Of a stretch of 64,000 nucleotides of DNA, positions 51,001 through 64,000 are shown in pieces. Source of the stretch: Phoronis australis. Taxonomy: Eukaryota > Animalia > Phoronida. Numbering within the stretch: position 1 is the stretch's first letter; every line of letters begins with the position of its first letter. Location of the stretch: NCBI GenBank assembly GCA_002633005.1, contig NMRA01000114.1, positions 58,724 through 122,723 of the forward strand, given 5' to 3'. The position numbers and the translations under genes are program-made. The notes below the pieces were generated by a model. The model saw only the letters and a list, made by a program, of their open reading frames with translations. It was not told the origin of the DNA and did no database searches.

Positions 51001-54000
51001 CTGCACTACATTCTTTGTTCGTCAGAGGTTGAGGTGAGGCTCTCTTTATAGCAAGTTTCACAAAACCATGCTATGTGAGTTATATGTAATTGTTTTGAAA
51101 TTCCTAGTTTGTGTGTACTGAATTGTGTTCTTGGGTGTGGCTAGTCACATTAGGGTTAATTTTATTGTATTCCAGATTGCCACAGAGCAGGCAGCGCGTG
51201 AAGCTGAAGAAGAGGCTGAGCGTGAGAAGGAGCTGGCGAGGGAGAGAGAACGTGAGAATGCAGCCAATAAGGGCAAGGGGAAGAAAGGCAAGGGGGGCAA
51301 GAGTCGCAGCCCAAGCCCCAAGAAGGGAAAAGACAAGAAAGCAGCTCCAGAGCCGACGCCACCTCCACCTGGTGAGAACGGGTGGAACTCCTGCGTGTTG
51401 TTCTTAGTATAAAACCCTTTCACTGAGCTGCTTCGTTTCATTTCTATCTTTCTGTTGGTCTACTGTTGGAACCATCTCTTGATCTTCCAAAAGACTTTTA
51501 CAGCGTGCTCCATCCACAAATAGTTAAGAAATATTTTTAATGAAAATTACTACTTTAATACACAAGTGGAAAAGGTTGTTTAAGATTCTTGTCATGCAGC
51601 ATTTCTTTTATGATGTGCCGTAGTGCAGTTTTAAATAAGATGTTGTCACAAAACATGTGGTTGGAGTGCGTTACTCATTCCTTTTTTACTTCTTTACTTG
51701 CTTCTTTGCTGTCTGTCAGTTGGACGTCTTTGCTGTCTCTCTGTTAGGTCGGAAAAAGCGTCGTGGTAAATCAAAACAACGCAAAGCCTCTATACACGTT
51801 GGTGAGTTGTGGGCAATTCAACTTGTTTGTTCTGATACTTTTAGTGTCATGTCAGTTCAAAGTACTGTTGGAAGGTTCAAAAGCTTTGACTGTGACCTTG
51901 TCTATGATCCATTAATCCAAAGCTTTCAGCCCTTTAAAATGCAAAAACTAATTTGTTTTAACATTCCTTTGGACAAACCTTGGGATTAATGAGTTTGTGC
52001 ATGCCAGTGGACGCATGAATTGGTAGTCATTGACTGGTTGACTTTGGACTGATATGATAATGTAGTAAGTACTATATAGTATGTACTGTTTTTGAAAATA
52101 TGCTGCCATAAGCCTAATCTTTTCATCAAAAACTAACCTTTGAATTAGTCAACTTGAAGACCTCTTGACTGTTGTGAATCTGGTTTAAACTTGTTTGTTA
52201 TTCTAATTAGATTAGATTTATGGGCTTAGGGAACTGACAGTTGGATATTGGTTGAAACCTGGCTCAGTAAGTTGGTTTGCCACAGTGGGTCATTTTTGCA
52301 CCAGGCATGGTTTCAAGGAGTGGTGAACCATTGGTTCTGCCTTATTCCAGAATTATGTTCTCAGCTGCATAAAAACAGTCAAGTAGAGTCCGTCTTAGTT
52401 TGTGTTTGTTTAATTATCCTGTGTTGTTAACTTTGCCTCAATTTCAGTTTGTGTTTCATAATGATATGCACCACAATGGTCATCTGCTATTACTTGTTAC
52501 TTTTTGTGACCTCTCTTGTTTGATATGTTGACCTATTTATAGTGCTCTTATTGGGACCTCTCTTGACCTATTTATGGTGCACTTACTGTGACTTTGATGA
52601 CATGTACATCATAACTTGATATTACCTTTTCTATATTCTACAAAGTCCCGAGTTCTGCTTTTAACTGCAATATGACCTCTTAGCATTTGCATTTGAAATC
52701 CGCGTGATCTGTGAATTTTCTGTGATGTTATCGTCGTGATGGCAATCAGAGTACGCAACCACTTTTTCTGCGCTTATCATCAATTTCTACTCACTTGGGG
52801 CTGTGTACATAATTATTATCAATGATGACTTTTTGTTTCAGTTGAGGAGGAGACCGAGGAGGAAAAAGCTAAGAAAGCCATCAAGAACAAGATGAGGGAG
52901 GAGTATTTTGCCGCCATAATGGAGGAAGGTAGGCATGGTGGGAGCAGTGTTGGACAATCATGCATGTCACTGTGTACATATTGCATTGTCATAACATTCA
53001 TGCGTGTCACTGTGTACATATTGCATTGTCATAACAATCATGCATGTCACTGTGTACATATTGCATTGTCATAACATTCATGCATGTCACTGTGTACATA
53101 TTGCATTGTCATAACATTCATGCATGTCACTGTGTACATATTGCATTGTCATAACATTCATGCATGTCACTGTGTACATATTGCATTGTCATAACATTCA
53201 TGCGTGTCACTGTGTACATATTGCATTGCCATAACATTCATGCATGTCACTGTGTACATATTGCATTGTCATAACCAAGGTCCTGGATATCATATTCTCC
53301 TCTGCCGCCACACAAACTTACCAACCTGAGAATTTTGTGGCAGGTTGTTGTGAAACCAACTGAACAGAAATAATGCTTTGGGCGGACTCCAGGCATTCCC
53401 AGAAACACTATTTTACTGATCCAATTTTCTAGTTACATCTAAGTTTGTTCAGTGTTAGTCACCACTCACTAAATTATCTTTATTTTCAATTAGTAGGTTC
53501 TGATTTAAAGTTTCCTAGAGTTTGAGTACAACATGGCCTGATTTACTAAAATGTTAGTTATTATGCTTGTCCTATCATGATCATAGCATGTTTTTTCTGT
53601 CAGAGTCTTCATGCAAAGTGCGGCTGGAGTTGATCAAAGTGCACGCCATGGGTGTACTGGCTGACCTCAAGGGAAAGAGCGAGGAGGCATACAAGGACAT
53701 GAATGATTGGCTGGGAGCGCGCTTCCTTAAGGAAATGGAGAGGTTTGTGGGATATGTTAGGACTAATGCATAAATTAGAGAGACACTAAGCCATGTTTTA
53801 GCCGTTGATCATTAAATTTTGTAGGTAATTACAATTAAGTAATTGCATTGATACTCAAGGGCAATTTGAAACAAATGTGAAAGGGATCGTTTCAAGGTCT
53901 TCAAAATAGGTAAATGTGAGCCACCTAATTGATGGCTATGGGGAAAGACTGCCCTCCCACCTCAAAGCAAAATACCCATTTTGTAATACAGTGAGATGGT

Positions 54001-57000
54001 GTTGTAGCTCATAAGTGTTTTTATCTGTACAAGGGAAGATGTTTGTAGTTTTGGGTGAAGTCACCTTAGCGGCCTGAGGGAACCATTTCAGGACGACCTT
54101 ATGTAACCTGTCTGATGATGGCTCATGTTTCATCATTCTGAGTTTCAATATTTCGCCTGATGGTATTGCTGCATGTTATTACTGATGATGAACGAATACA
54201 ACAATGTTTGACTTTGTCAGTGTTTGTGATGCAATTCTCCTTTTTTCTCTCTTTCAGTATTGACTACATGTCCGAGGTGATGCGAGACTCCGTTGAGAGG
54301 AGAGAGAAGATATCAGAAGAGCTTACTCTGCAGCAGGAAGACTTCTTAGTCTCACAGGTGGGATATGTTGGAACTGATATTGAAATAGTGTACACTGTAC
54401 CGTTCTTCAAATAACATTATTTTCTGTACTTGCATAAATTTGTTAAGGTCTTGCATCTTCCAGAGATATGCCCTGTGTCACGCTAGGAAACCCTGTCTTT
54501 ATCCAATCCATTTAGATTGTGCGCCTAAAATGTGTTGTTTGTTTTAAGTCACATGATCACTTAAATGTGATTGATATTACTTTCGTAAGTGAACACAGTT
54601 GTTTTGTTATAATAGTCCACAGATCTATATAGATTTTATTTCTGTGCAATACATTATCATCAGGTTAATATAGTTACTTTACTTTTTGCCAACAAGGATA
54701 CTGTTCTATGCTCACTGTTTAAGGTAATTTCAGCTGACAGTCACCCTCTAGAAATCAATGCAGTCTCACTTTAGAATGTACCAGTTATTTGTCAAGAGTG
54801 GGTAGTGTGCACTGCATTGCTGAACGATGGACACTGTATGTATAGACTAGTACTTTCACGCCACCTGTTGGTAGACAGGTGCTGCATGCATGTGTTTCAC
54901 TGCTGTTCCAACTGTGTATGGTCTTATGGGCAGTGACAAAGTATTTGATAAATATTATCCACTAGCAACTGCACACAGAGTCAACTAGGCACTAACAGTA
55001 ATCGGACATAATTACGTTTGTCTGTCACGATCAACAACTAAACGACATTGCTTCAGTCACTGATCGTGAATTCAAATAATATGTCATCTTATGGTCAGTC
55101 CTCATGACGAGGAAGTCTGCGGCATTTCTTCCAATTACTTTTGGCGTGTAAATGTTATGAAAGCAGTTGAAATCGTCCCATCATCGCACACTAGCTGAAC
55201 AGTAAAACATTGGGAGAGAAGTCAAGAACCACTGTACACAAGTTTCAAAATAAACAGACAATGTTGAAATTCAACAAAGTTTCAATGCTTAACGCACAAC
55301 ACTGACTAGCTTCCTGGTTTTGACTTGAACACATTTCAACTTGTGCTTAATTGTGACAAAATATCAATTGGTTATGTTGCTCTGTGCACTAAATTGAAAG
55401 TTACTAATTGTTCGCAGATAAGCATTGAGCGGCTAGGTGGAGTAATCTCACATTAAACTTTGACTTAAGTTCCAAATAATTCTGGCCAGGCATTTGTCCA
55501 AATTTGACTTGAGTCTGACAGAATCCTGTCTAAGTCTATGTCTAGTGTGTTTTAAAAACTTCAGCCAAAAGTTGTACCCCTGTCCTACTCAGCTGCACAC
55601 AATGTTTTTGTTTTGGAGGCAGTAGTTGTATCATTTTTGTGTTATTCTTTAGAGGAAAAACACTTTAAAAAAACAAATTACTATTAAGCATAGAATGTTC
55701 CCTCTGTCCTTGGGACTTGAAAGCAGCCACGCTAGGACTTAAAATCTAGGCAACCGCTTTATCTTAGCTCTAACAGTAAAATACCTGGGAAAGACGATCA
55801 AGAGTCAGGCCACATCCTAACATGTACCCTAGTCCTACACTGTAGATCCGTACTTAAACAATTCCATCTCTCTTTAGGATGTTAAGATTGTAAAGTCCCT
55901 GAACCCTTTATTAAACTTATGAGTTTGCCTCTCAACAGGACGTTAAGGCAGTGAAAACTCCAAGCCCTATACCTCGACCAGACCCTGTGGAACAGCCTCA
56001 GCCTGATCAGTTCACTGTTGAACAACTCAATCAGCTGCACGCACAGGTAGGTGTTTCAATCTAAACCACCTAGGGGCATCAGCAAGCGATTGGACACACT
56101 CGTGGGAGTCCATTACAATAAACATTTAATACCACATGTTATTGTAGTTTGTGATTCTAAAAAGCAGATTACTGAAAAAATATTTGCTGGATTTGTGCCG
56201 ACGATGTTGCAACCTGATGTTCTCCCAGGTTTGTCTTTTTGCACATTTAATTTGATTGATTACTCTTCATCATAATGCTAAGCATATTGTCAAATTTGAT
56301 CTAGTCCTACATTTTCAAATTTTTCAATGAAAGTTATAAGTGATTATCCTAGGAGTGATAATTTAATAATACGCAGGGGGTGCTTTATTGGTCGGGTAGT
56401 TTTGTCTTTGTCAATTGGTGCAAACTACTGTGTCTATTACTTCTGAACAGACTTGTTTTATTGTTAAAGTTCACTAATATTCTGAGCTTCAGGTATGGAA
56501 CTAGTTTGTAATTCTAGGCTAAAAAACTGCTTTTTGAGTAATTTCTCTGTATAATACTGATTATGCAATGTCTAAGTAATTCCTGATTGTGTGCTAATTG
56601 TAGTTCACACTGTGTGCCCCTACTGGTGTCATGTCGACTAAGGCATTCATTGACACATTCCAAGAATTCACATCACTTACCCACGGTATGGAGTTGTTAC
56701 CTGACTTATGGATGAATGTATCGTCACAACAGGTGAGAAATGTGATGTACTGTCTGTCCAATAGAGGCCGCATGATGTGGCGTGGGTGTACAGATTATTG
56801 TTTACTCCAATTGAGTTTTGTTATTTTAGTCTCGACTGGTGATATATTCAGAACTGTGTTTTTTTAACGATTGGATTGCCAGAGTTAAGTACTTTTAAGA
56901 AAAAATGACAATGCATAGAAAAAAATTATTGCTTTGTTAAGTCTTCCTTATTAATGAGGATAGTGAGAGAGGTTCTTATGGCAGTAATACACTTTTCACT

Positions 57001-60000
57001 TATCACCTGGATTAAGCATTAAACATGGCACATGGTTTATGTACCCTAAGGTTACAAAGACGGAAGCGGAAAGTTCTATGGGAAGTGAATCCTCCTAATA
57101 AACGATTCCATTAACAACAAATATGATTTCCTTCCATTGTGTTGTCCCAGCAGCATGTGACGTGTACCCTTATATGTTCAGAATCCCAGATCTGCCCATC
57201 AAGATGCACTAAATGACAGGGTGGAAGAATAATGTTGATACAACAGATCCACGCCTGGAAAATGACATATTATCACCCAAAATCAACTGACTCTGCCTTT
57301 GTTCACAAATGCAAACCATTTCAGCTGCAAGAAATTGTCTCTGTCCTGTCACCAGACTCGGAGTACATCAACTGGAGGTCGTTTGTCCTGGCCGCCTCAC
57401 AGCCATGGCCGATCCCCACCCAGAGGGAGCTACTGGAAACGCTTGACAAGTTCAAGGACATGGACCAGAAGTGTGTCGGATATGTGACACGTGAACAATA
57501 CGACAGTGTAAGTGATATATAGATTTAGGTGTTGAATAATGTCCTTGTCTGTAGACCTTGCATTTCTGTGAATGTCGCAAACAATTAGAATAGCACCCAT
57601 ACCACTTTTGATGTACTGACAAATTTGTGATGTGGACATTTACTAAACAGTTTGTTTAACCATTGAATTTTGTCCTGTACTGATGACGTGTAATACATAT
57701 GCTAGATTATTTCCTAGTTGCTTTGTATGAAGGTTGAAACTTTCTGGAAAAGTGTTACAGATTTCAAATACAGAGGACTGGTTTTGTTGAAATGAATTGT
57801 TGGTGGACTTAATCTGGAATGTTTCAGTCATAAAAACTCTATGTTGCATCGGTCACCATTATTTGCCTGTCATGTGAACTGTTTGTGTATACATTATTTT
57901 ATAGCTGAAAGTATTCCATCCCTGTGTTTCAGCTTGACCTGTGGTTCAGGCCTGAACGACCAGAGACCCCTGAGGACCCTTCAGTCCCCTACCCTTACAA
58001 CAGGATAGAAAATCTGAAGAAGACCTTCTTTGACATCTTCGCCGACAACACAACAGACTTCCCTAGGCTCGACTATAAGAGTATGGTGTGTATAGCATAC
58101 ATATGTAGGCCACTCGGCCCACTTTTTGTGCTCTAGAGTAATTTCATTCTACCATCTGGTAAACGTATCTAGATGAAGGTTTCTTTAAATGCAGATGAGA
58201 AAATACATAATAGTCACCTGTGTGGCCGTTCTGAAACTGATGACTGGCTGTGAGTGCTAGTTGGTTGGTGGGAAATCAGTGAGAATAGGCTCGTATCATT
58301 TACATGTGTGTAAGAAGCTATCATTCACATGCTTGTTGTTAACTTTACTGAACGTGAAGTCTTCACAGTTTACAGTATTGGGGTGGCAATAACTTTCTAT
58401 AGTGCAGCACCTGTATGCAAGTAGGTCATTTAAGCGCTAACTATATGATGTTAAAAAAAACATTATTTTGCTGTTCACTCAAACCCCCATCCCTTAGATA
58501 TAATAAGCTGTGCTTGGAAAATGATAATATTTAAATGTTTTTTACATCTTAACCAAATGTTATAATAACGAAGTTTACAGGATGTGATTTTTCATTACTT
58601 CAATCACGGTAACCCACATGGCTGTCTGTTGTATCAAATGTGCAAGTGTCTAGTAAATGACTTTGCAACATGGGATAAGCAATAGTTATGCATTTCATGT
58701 AAACATAACATTCTTACTTCAGGCGACACTGTCATATCCTGTTGTTTTGTGTTTTAGTTACTGTATTTTGCTGTCTCTCCTGACTCGGAGGAGGGATTCC
58801 TACGTGCCCTCAGTGTTGCCTCGGAACAACACATGCCGCATGATGTGGAAAACTTTTTCACAGTCAAGGATGAGCCAAGGTGAGTCTTGTGGATCTAGAC
58901 AAGTAGCATGCTAGAGGAGTGATCTAGAGACAGTTATAGCCCTTGAAGAGTCATAGATGAAATTATTGACTTGGTCTACTAAAACTGTTGTTACCGCAAT
59001 GTCTGTGTTTACACACAGAGTGCTTGAAGTCGGTAACTCAAAAGTCACAGGGTGGTAAGCTGAGCACAGTGTTTAAATGTGCAAGTCAAATAAAACGTTG
59101 GCTTAATTGAAGGGACTTAAACCAATGGCTGCAGGGTAGTTCAGTATCATGACCTCCGATTATAATTCTTTACATCAATAGCTTGGACAATGATAATTTG
59201 CCAACCACTGCTCAAGTTTCTACACGAATTGCCGATTCCAGCCTGTTAAATTGAATTTCTTAATTTACATAATAGTGCATACAGTCCACTTTTCTGATTA
59301 TACCCACGTCAAGCTCATAATTTACATTAAGTTGAAAAGTTAAGCTCCATTTGATCAGAGGTGATAGCATAAAATTTTGTTCAGCAATTGATTCAGAAGC
59401 TGCAGCAAGCTCGTATTACTTCTCGTTGTCTGACAAGTAGTTCACCTTCAGTTGAATTTCAACTTGTGTGGAGACCATTTATCAAATATATTTGCTACAT
59501 GTCCGTTGTTTCAGCGTGATGGTGGATGATCCAGCTAGTATCCCAGAAGACAGTAGGAATGCCCCTGTGTCTATTGAAGCATTGTACAAGGTAGGCAAAG
59601 GTTGCGTCATGAAAGAGCACTCAGTCCAGGGAACACTGACAGAGCCTTTACTGTTCCTGAGTGTATTAATAAGCTTTGCTTTATTGTGTTATTATGTCTG
59701 ATGTTATTGTAGCAGACAGTAGTTTAGTTATAGTGCTTGCCAAAATCAGACAAAATAACCCAGAGTTCCCATCATGAGGGATGAGCAGAATTGGTTTCAT
59801 GGTCAGAGTAGCCTTCTCTAATGACCGAGCACACAAGGGGAATCTACATGAAAGTTAGTTGGCTAAGCCATTCTGTGATTAGACCTTTACCACTAAAACA
59901 ATAATTATGACCAGTCTTTTTTGCTGTTGACGGAATTCACCTTCATGATGAGAAATATAGTCTTGTCTGATTCCTTTAGTCATTTACTGGATTACAATAC

Positions 60001-61873
60001 AGTTCACAATATACCCCTATTAGCATTCATCTGGCCCTCAGAATCGTCCTCAAAAATCCTCTTCAGCCACTCAGTCTCTCCTCTCAGTTATTCGCCTCTC
60101 TGTTGTTATTTATTTTTGCAAGAGAATTTAATCAGAAAATGCTTGAGCAAATGAATGTAACCAATTTGCTTTGTGTTGTTACTGATTATACATCTACTGC
60201 TAAAACCTTAAAAGCAACTTTCTACCAGCAGTGGTAATTTTGAGTCGGTTACCGAATACTCCGTCACATACCAGAGTGATCGTCATAGGCTGTCAGTAAT
60301 GTATCATTCGAAACTAAGTCTATTCTACCTGTAATGTTGTATATTGACATATGGGAGAGTCTATCTGAAGTTGGTGAAGACGTGCCTTGCTAATCTGCAT
60401 TTTCTCTACTCCAATAGCCACATTTTGTGTTCTGCTTTAATGAAGATTTTAAATACTGCTTTATTACAAGTGAGCTATTCAGGACCTGGTTAACAGGCGT
60501 TAGGTATTTACTCATCTGCAATAGCCTCTGAAGCGTCCTTTCTCCTTCTCAGGTGTTGCATCATGGGGAGAGTTCACGAGGAGACAGCCATCGTTTCAGT
60601 GTGACCTCTGACCCCGAGAACGCCATGTCCATGGTGAGTGCCTAGAGAAGATTGGTACAAGTTGGCTGACCTGAAATCTAGAGATTATTGCATTCTGTTG
60701 TCTTGTGTTTAAATTTTAGAACAAAATTTATGAGTATCGTAGCGTTTGTTTTGTTTGTGCTTCATTTCCTGTCACCAGCATCATTGGCTGTGTTTTTAGA
60801 AAAAGAATACGATTGTGTTTTGTTTGATGAAGTTAATATGTTGTTTGAAAGGTATCTCATAAAGGAATCGGTTTGTTCAAGTTTCAGCTTTTTCATAACA
60901 TATTTATTGAACTTCAGGTTCTTTGCCATAGCTCCACCAGAAAAAGAGAAATTGTGGACATGTACAATAATAGCAGAAATCTGTATTGAAAAGTTAAAAA
61001 AGGCCAGTTTTAACATTGTTTGTCTTAAATTGATGATATTTTGCCCTAATTTCCTTGTGACAGCACTTCACAAAATTCAATGAGCGTGGTGACTTGTAAA
61101 ATAAAGAAACATAATTTTTCCCCTTGACCTGGTCAGTGGTGCTAATTGTATGGGAAAGACTTGAAGGTTCTTTGTTGAACACTGTTGTTGTGTTTGTTGT
61201 TGTTTCTATCATTACAGTTTTGTGCTGTGTATTTCCAGGAGCGGTTGATGGGTGTGTACAGTGAGCTGGGCCAGGAGGAGGGGGAGTCTGTGCCGTTCCC
61301 TGTCTTGATGGAACATCCTGTCATACAAGACCTAGTTGTGTCATGTCAGAACTACAAACAGCTGGTATGGGCATGGTCATATATCATTTTGGGTCGCACA
61401 GGGTCTGACGAGGGACAGACGTTGGGACAGGACTCCTCTAGGATTTGACAAGTGGGGGTGCAACTTAATGAGATTTTGACACTTGCCATATGCGGGGATT
61501 CCATATGACGTCACTCTAATGCAAAAATCGTAATTTTCTCTACGAAATGCACAATCATATTTTTGACATTAGGGTATTACTACTGCATGAATACTAGCAA
61601 GTCTTTGTTATTTGTTGACTAGTTAATTGTACAAACAAAAGTATGCACTGTGACCGTTTTCTTAACATGTTGGTTGACTTTAGAATAACTTTAGTTCACA
61701 TCCCTCGATGCGTACCTGATCTGACTTTGTTCGTTGTCGATAACTTTGAATTCTTGTTTATTTTGTTACCTGGAAGTCACATTCCTTCTTTATTTTAGGA
61801 CCTGAAAGCCATACTCACTACCAGTGTACCTTTGGAAACTTTAGAGACACAGAGCACAAAGACAACTGACTGA
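22426..61873 (+). CDS. SPEF2: Sperm flagellar protein 2 (KPL2), central-pair protein; 40 coding exons, ~1960 aa
   Basis: CH-like N-terminus (MTDILVRWLN, FATGYLLGEVLH, KLNNFTRLEPKLHLLGV), NRLMRQSQQERRIAVQL, P-loop GKVFSGKT, adenylate-kinase-like GWVMDGYP, RRPDTKQEFVSQWQ and EF-hand-like DMDQKCVGYVTREQY match remembered SPEF2. Exons (all GT-AG, phases consistent, total 5883 nt): 22426-22483, 23254-23356, 23797-24049, 24641-24858, 25517-25610, 27634-27728, 28326-28521, 28789-28977, 29632-29819, 30733-30913, 31720-31836, 32474-32576, 34213-34295, 35160-35391, 36228-36343, 39870-39973, 40811-41085, 41473-41750, 42201-42351, 42739-42885, 43979-44127, 44828-44955, 46256-46322, 47160-47369, 48633-48749, 49829-50061, 50439-50661, 51176-51371, 52842-52928, 53604-53742, 54258-54357, 55939-56046, 56604-56732, 57325-57507, 57933-58085, 58758-58879, 59515-59590, 60553-60633, 61239-61364, 61799-61873. 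Confidence 0.96.
26146..26420. mobile_element. Old palindromic MITE in SPEF2 intron 5
   Basis: TGATTTAGACCACTT...AATTGGTCTCAA mirrors TTGAGACCAATT...GAGTGGTCTTAATCA; a related fragment lies at ~33144-33197. Confidence 0.6.
34306..34422 (+). repeat. Degenerate ~18 bp minisatellite
   Basis: Repeated GTTATGGTGACTCTGTT-like units starting ~10 bp after the exon 13 donor. Confidence 0.85.
34430..34722 (-). mobile_element. Diverged relative of the Harbinger MITE at 2095
   Basis: The reverse complement GGGCCCAGGGTTTAATGTTTTACTGATCGAAATGAACTC...TCATTTTC...CGAACTCA is colinear with 2095-2175. Confidence 0.5.
39960..40420 (+). repeat. Degenerate ~30-40 bp tandem array derived from the exon 16 donor junction
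   Basis: Recurrent TGGARGYCATCWGGTAA-like units; the first unit is the real junction TGGAAGCCATCAG|GTAA. Confidence 0.75.
44984..45082 (+). repeat. (GT)n microsatellite
   Basis: About 100 bp of imperfect GT repeat just after exon 22. Confidence 0.97.
48730..48896 (+). repeat. 82 bp tandem duplication spanning the exon 25 donor
   Basis: CCAGAATAGCACTGATAGAT|GTAAGT...GTAATGTGATA occurs at 48730 and 48812 with two substitutions. Confidence 0.95.
51748..51801 (+). CDS. SPEF2: Probable SPEF2 cassette exon (GRKKRRGKSKQRKASIHV)
   Basis: 54 nt, phase 1-1, acceptor TCTCTCTGTTAG, donor TG|GTGAGT, open in the SPEF2 frame. Confidence 0.65.
52954..53275 (+). repeat. 40 bp minisatellite, 8 copies
   Basis: Near-perfect unit TCATGCATGTCACTGTGTACATATTGCATTGTCATAACAT, starting ~25 bp after the exon 29 donor. 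Confidence 0.97.
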
Positions 61874-62164
61874 ACAGCAGTGACATCTACGGGCATACCT
61901 GATGAGCTTGGTGTACTATAGTGCGCATGTATCAGTCTAACGTGAATTTGATGTTACTATTACATTCCAATGGAGTCAATATTATTTATTGTGGAGATTT
62001 GCTGTAGTATATAATTACCCAATCCTTTTGTGCATAATGATAGAATAATTTCATCTTCAGCTATTGAATATTTGAGACAAGATGTATGTAATTGTTGGTT
62101 CTAACTTTGGCAGGCATCATGAAATCCACTTTTACAACTGTGTGTAGAGCTGTGATACAAAGAG

Positions 62165-62170
62165 AATAAA
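62165..62170 (+). terminator. SPEF2 polyadenylation signal
   Basis: AATAAA ~290 bp after the stop codon, followed by T/GT-rich sequence. Confidence 0.6.
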
Positions 62171-62990
62171 TTATTAGAAATTTGGGTTTCATTTCATGCA
62201 GTGTAGTTTATTTATGCATGCCATGGTCACCCATGTTTTGTTTGAGCCCGAGTGTGAAACATCTGCGTCATGGGCGTGCATACCCTGAATCTCTCTACAT
62301 AATGGTTGGAGGGCGTCCTTATTTAAACTCGGGGACTACATAATTTCTATGTTAGAAAATGGGTGTTTGAGGCACTACCAAACAAGGAAAAACTTTGCCT
62401 TACATTGTTCCCTGCCCGGCCGAATCTCACCCACCCTAATCACCCACAGGACCGCGTGGAAATTAAATGTAGTTAGGAGGCTACCCTGTCGGATTGTTCT
62501 AAAACCCGCAACCCGCACCCCACATAATCATATTAGGTCGCTGAATGACTTTCCCATAAGACTTGCCTACACGCGAACCTGCTCTGGCTTAAGTCTGGTC
62601 ACAGAAAGTCACGGGCATAAGAACATGATCTGAAATAGCGTGTTATTGTTGTCCTGGAAGTAGTTCCGCGAGCGATTACCAATGGCTCTGTTCTACTAAA
62701 CTTGGGGAGGTAGTACGTTAACATGAATGGACATACAATCCTGTAGTTTCACATTTTCATTATTTGCTTTCTGTTGTATACTCGTTTACATACATGTACT
62801 GCATGTAACGTTTAGATACTATTAATTGTAGTTAACACTTTGTTTTTTTCAAACTGCTACTGAGGCAATTACAATATTCGTCGGTTCCTCGCACATTTGT
62901 CACGTTGGTAGGTCTTTGATTTGATTTGGTCGCGTTTTTTTTCTCTTTTTGGATTTCAAACTCGCCGAATCGACTCTCTTAATTGCAAAA

Positions 62991-63038
62991 ATGGAGAAAA
63001 GCCAGCCGAGCTTACGGCCAGACTCGTTGGTCCTGCAG
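62991..63038 (+). CDS. Possible first exon of the next gene (MEKSQPSLRPDSLVLQ)
   Basis: CAAAAATGG start context and CAG|GTCAGC donor in CpG-rich sequence; no downstream exon or family identified. Confidence 0.2.
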
Positions 63039-63881
63039 GTCAGCACTTATTCTATGTTCAGATCCAGTCGAACTTGTGTTAACTGGGTCGAGGGGAGAGT
63101 TGGTCGAAGGCAGTGGCAGATTTAGGGGATCGAGCACGGGACCGTGGCCCCCTAAAATTCTTCCAGATTCCATTTGGCAGTGCGGTGTGTGAATGTCTTA
63201 GTGACGGGTGAAGTGATCTTGGGAACACAGAGCTGAGAGTCGTGTTTACAGATTTCCCTTCCCCCTACTAGTCAAGCTGCGTCAAGGGTCTTATCAATAA
63301 CTCTACAGTGTCGACGTTCGCAAAATATCAAAGGTCCACCGTAATAGAAATTCGAACCACCCCCCTGCGCAATGCTGGCTACGAGCCTGCCAGGCCCGTA
63401 GCCACTCTCTCTCTCCGCGGAAAAGGTTCAGTCCCAGCCTTTCTGTTAAATACGGATACAGATGGACGACAAACTTGTTGCAGCTACTGGTACTACTCAC
63501 TACAATGATAACTGAGTTAGTAATAATTTTGAATTTGCTTCTGATTCAAAGCGCTTCACGTAATCATCGGACCGTCCCCGACCAACTTCGCCCGAGTCAC
63601 GGTGTTTGCGTAGATGACAGGATCGCCGTGCAGATGATTAGAAGAGACGGCTACATAGTAGGGTAACAAGGGAGTTTAGAAGTAAATGTCTATACGTGAC
63701 GTAGCTAAGTATACAGCTGGGAGCCAAAGAGCTCCCAAAAATTCACAGTGCGGTGTGAATGTCTTAAAATCGACCAAGAAACTAAAAAGCAGAAAATAGG
63801 TTTGTTACGTGATATTGCTTGCTGGCATAGCACGGTAAAGGGCAGGCGTTTTCAAATTCGGAATTAAGAGTGCTCGTTCAA

Positions 63882-64000
63882 TACATGTGTGTTGCACCCA
63901 GCCTTCAAAATGGGGGGGCTCGAATTCCTGACGTTGTGGACCTTTTGCTAACAAAAGAGGGGGCGGACTAAAAAAAAAAACACTGTGAAGTGCGCGTTTG
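63882..64000 (+). mobile_element. Short dispersed repeat, copy 3 of 3 (truncated by the window edge)
   Basis: GCACCCAGCCTTCAAAATGGGGGGGCTCGAATTC...GTGGACCTTTT matches the copies at 5781 and 21899. Confidence 0.6.

Noticed and set aside
52954-53275. CRISPR-like appearance of the 40 bp array
   Set aside because: Head-to-tail units without spacers, in a eukaryotic intron.
55911-55924. TTAAACTTATGAGT matching the 5' end of U12 snRNA
   Set aside because: The match stops before the branch-point recognition sequence and nothing else aligns.

Overview
This is animal genomic DNA with spliceosomal GT-AG introns and many MITEs; an invertebrate source is inferred. The right two-thirds hold one gene, SPEF2 (sperm flagellar protein 2 / KPL2), on the + strand. 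It has 40 phase-consistent coding exons from 22426 to 61873 (~1960 aa), an RFX X-box promoter, five extra frame-preserving micro/cassette exon candidates, and several tandem repeats that copy or abut its splice sites. The left third has the first exon of an unidentified minus-strand gene, an N-joined 0.67 kb duplication, non-autonomous DNA transposons and a divergent rolling-stone-like membrane protein gene. It also has a minus-strand gene with a TICAM (TRIF/TRAM)-like TIR domain that can splice in frame to a MAVS-style C-terminal tail anchor, with its upstream region duplicated inside its own intron. A hammerhead-like motif lies in a possible solo LTR just upstream of SPEF2. All gene models were read by eye and need RNA-seq or homology confirmation.
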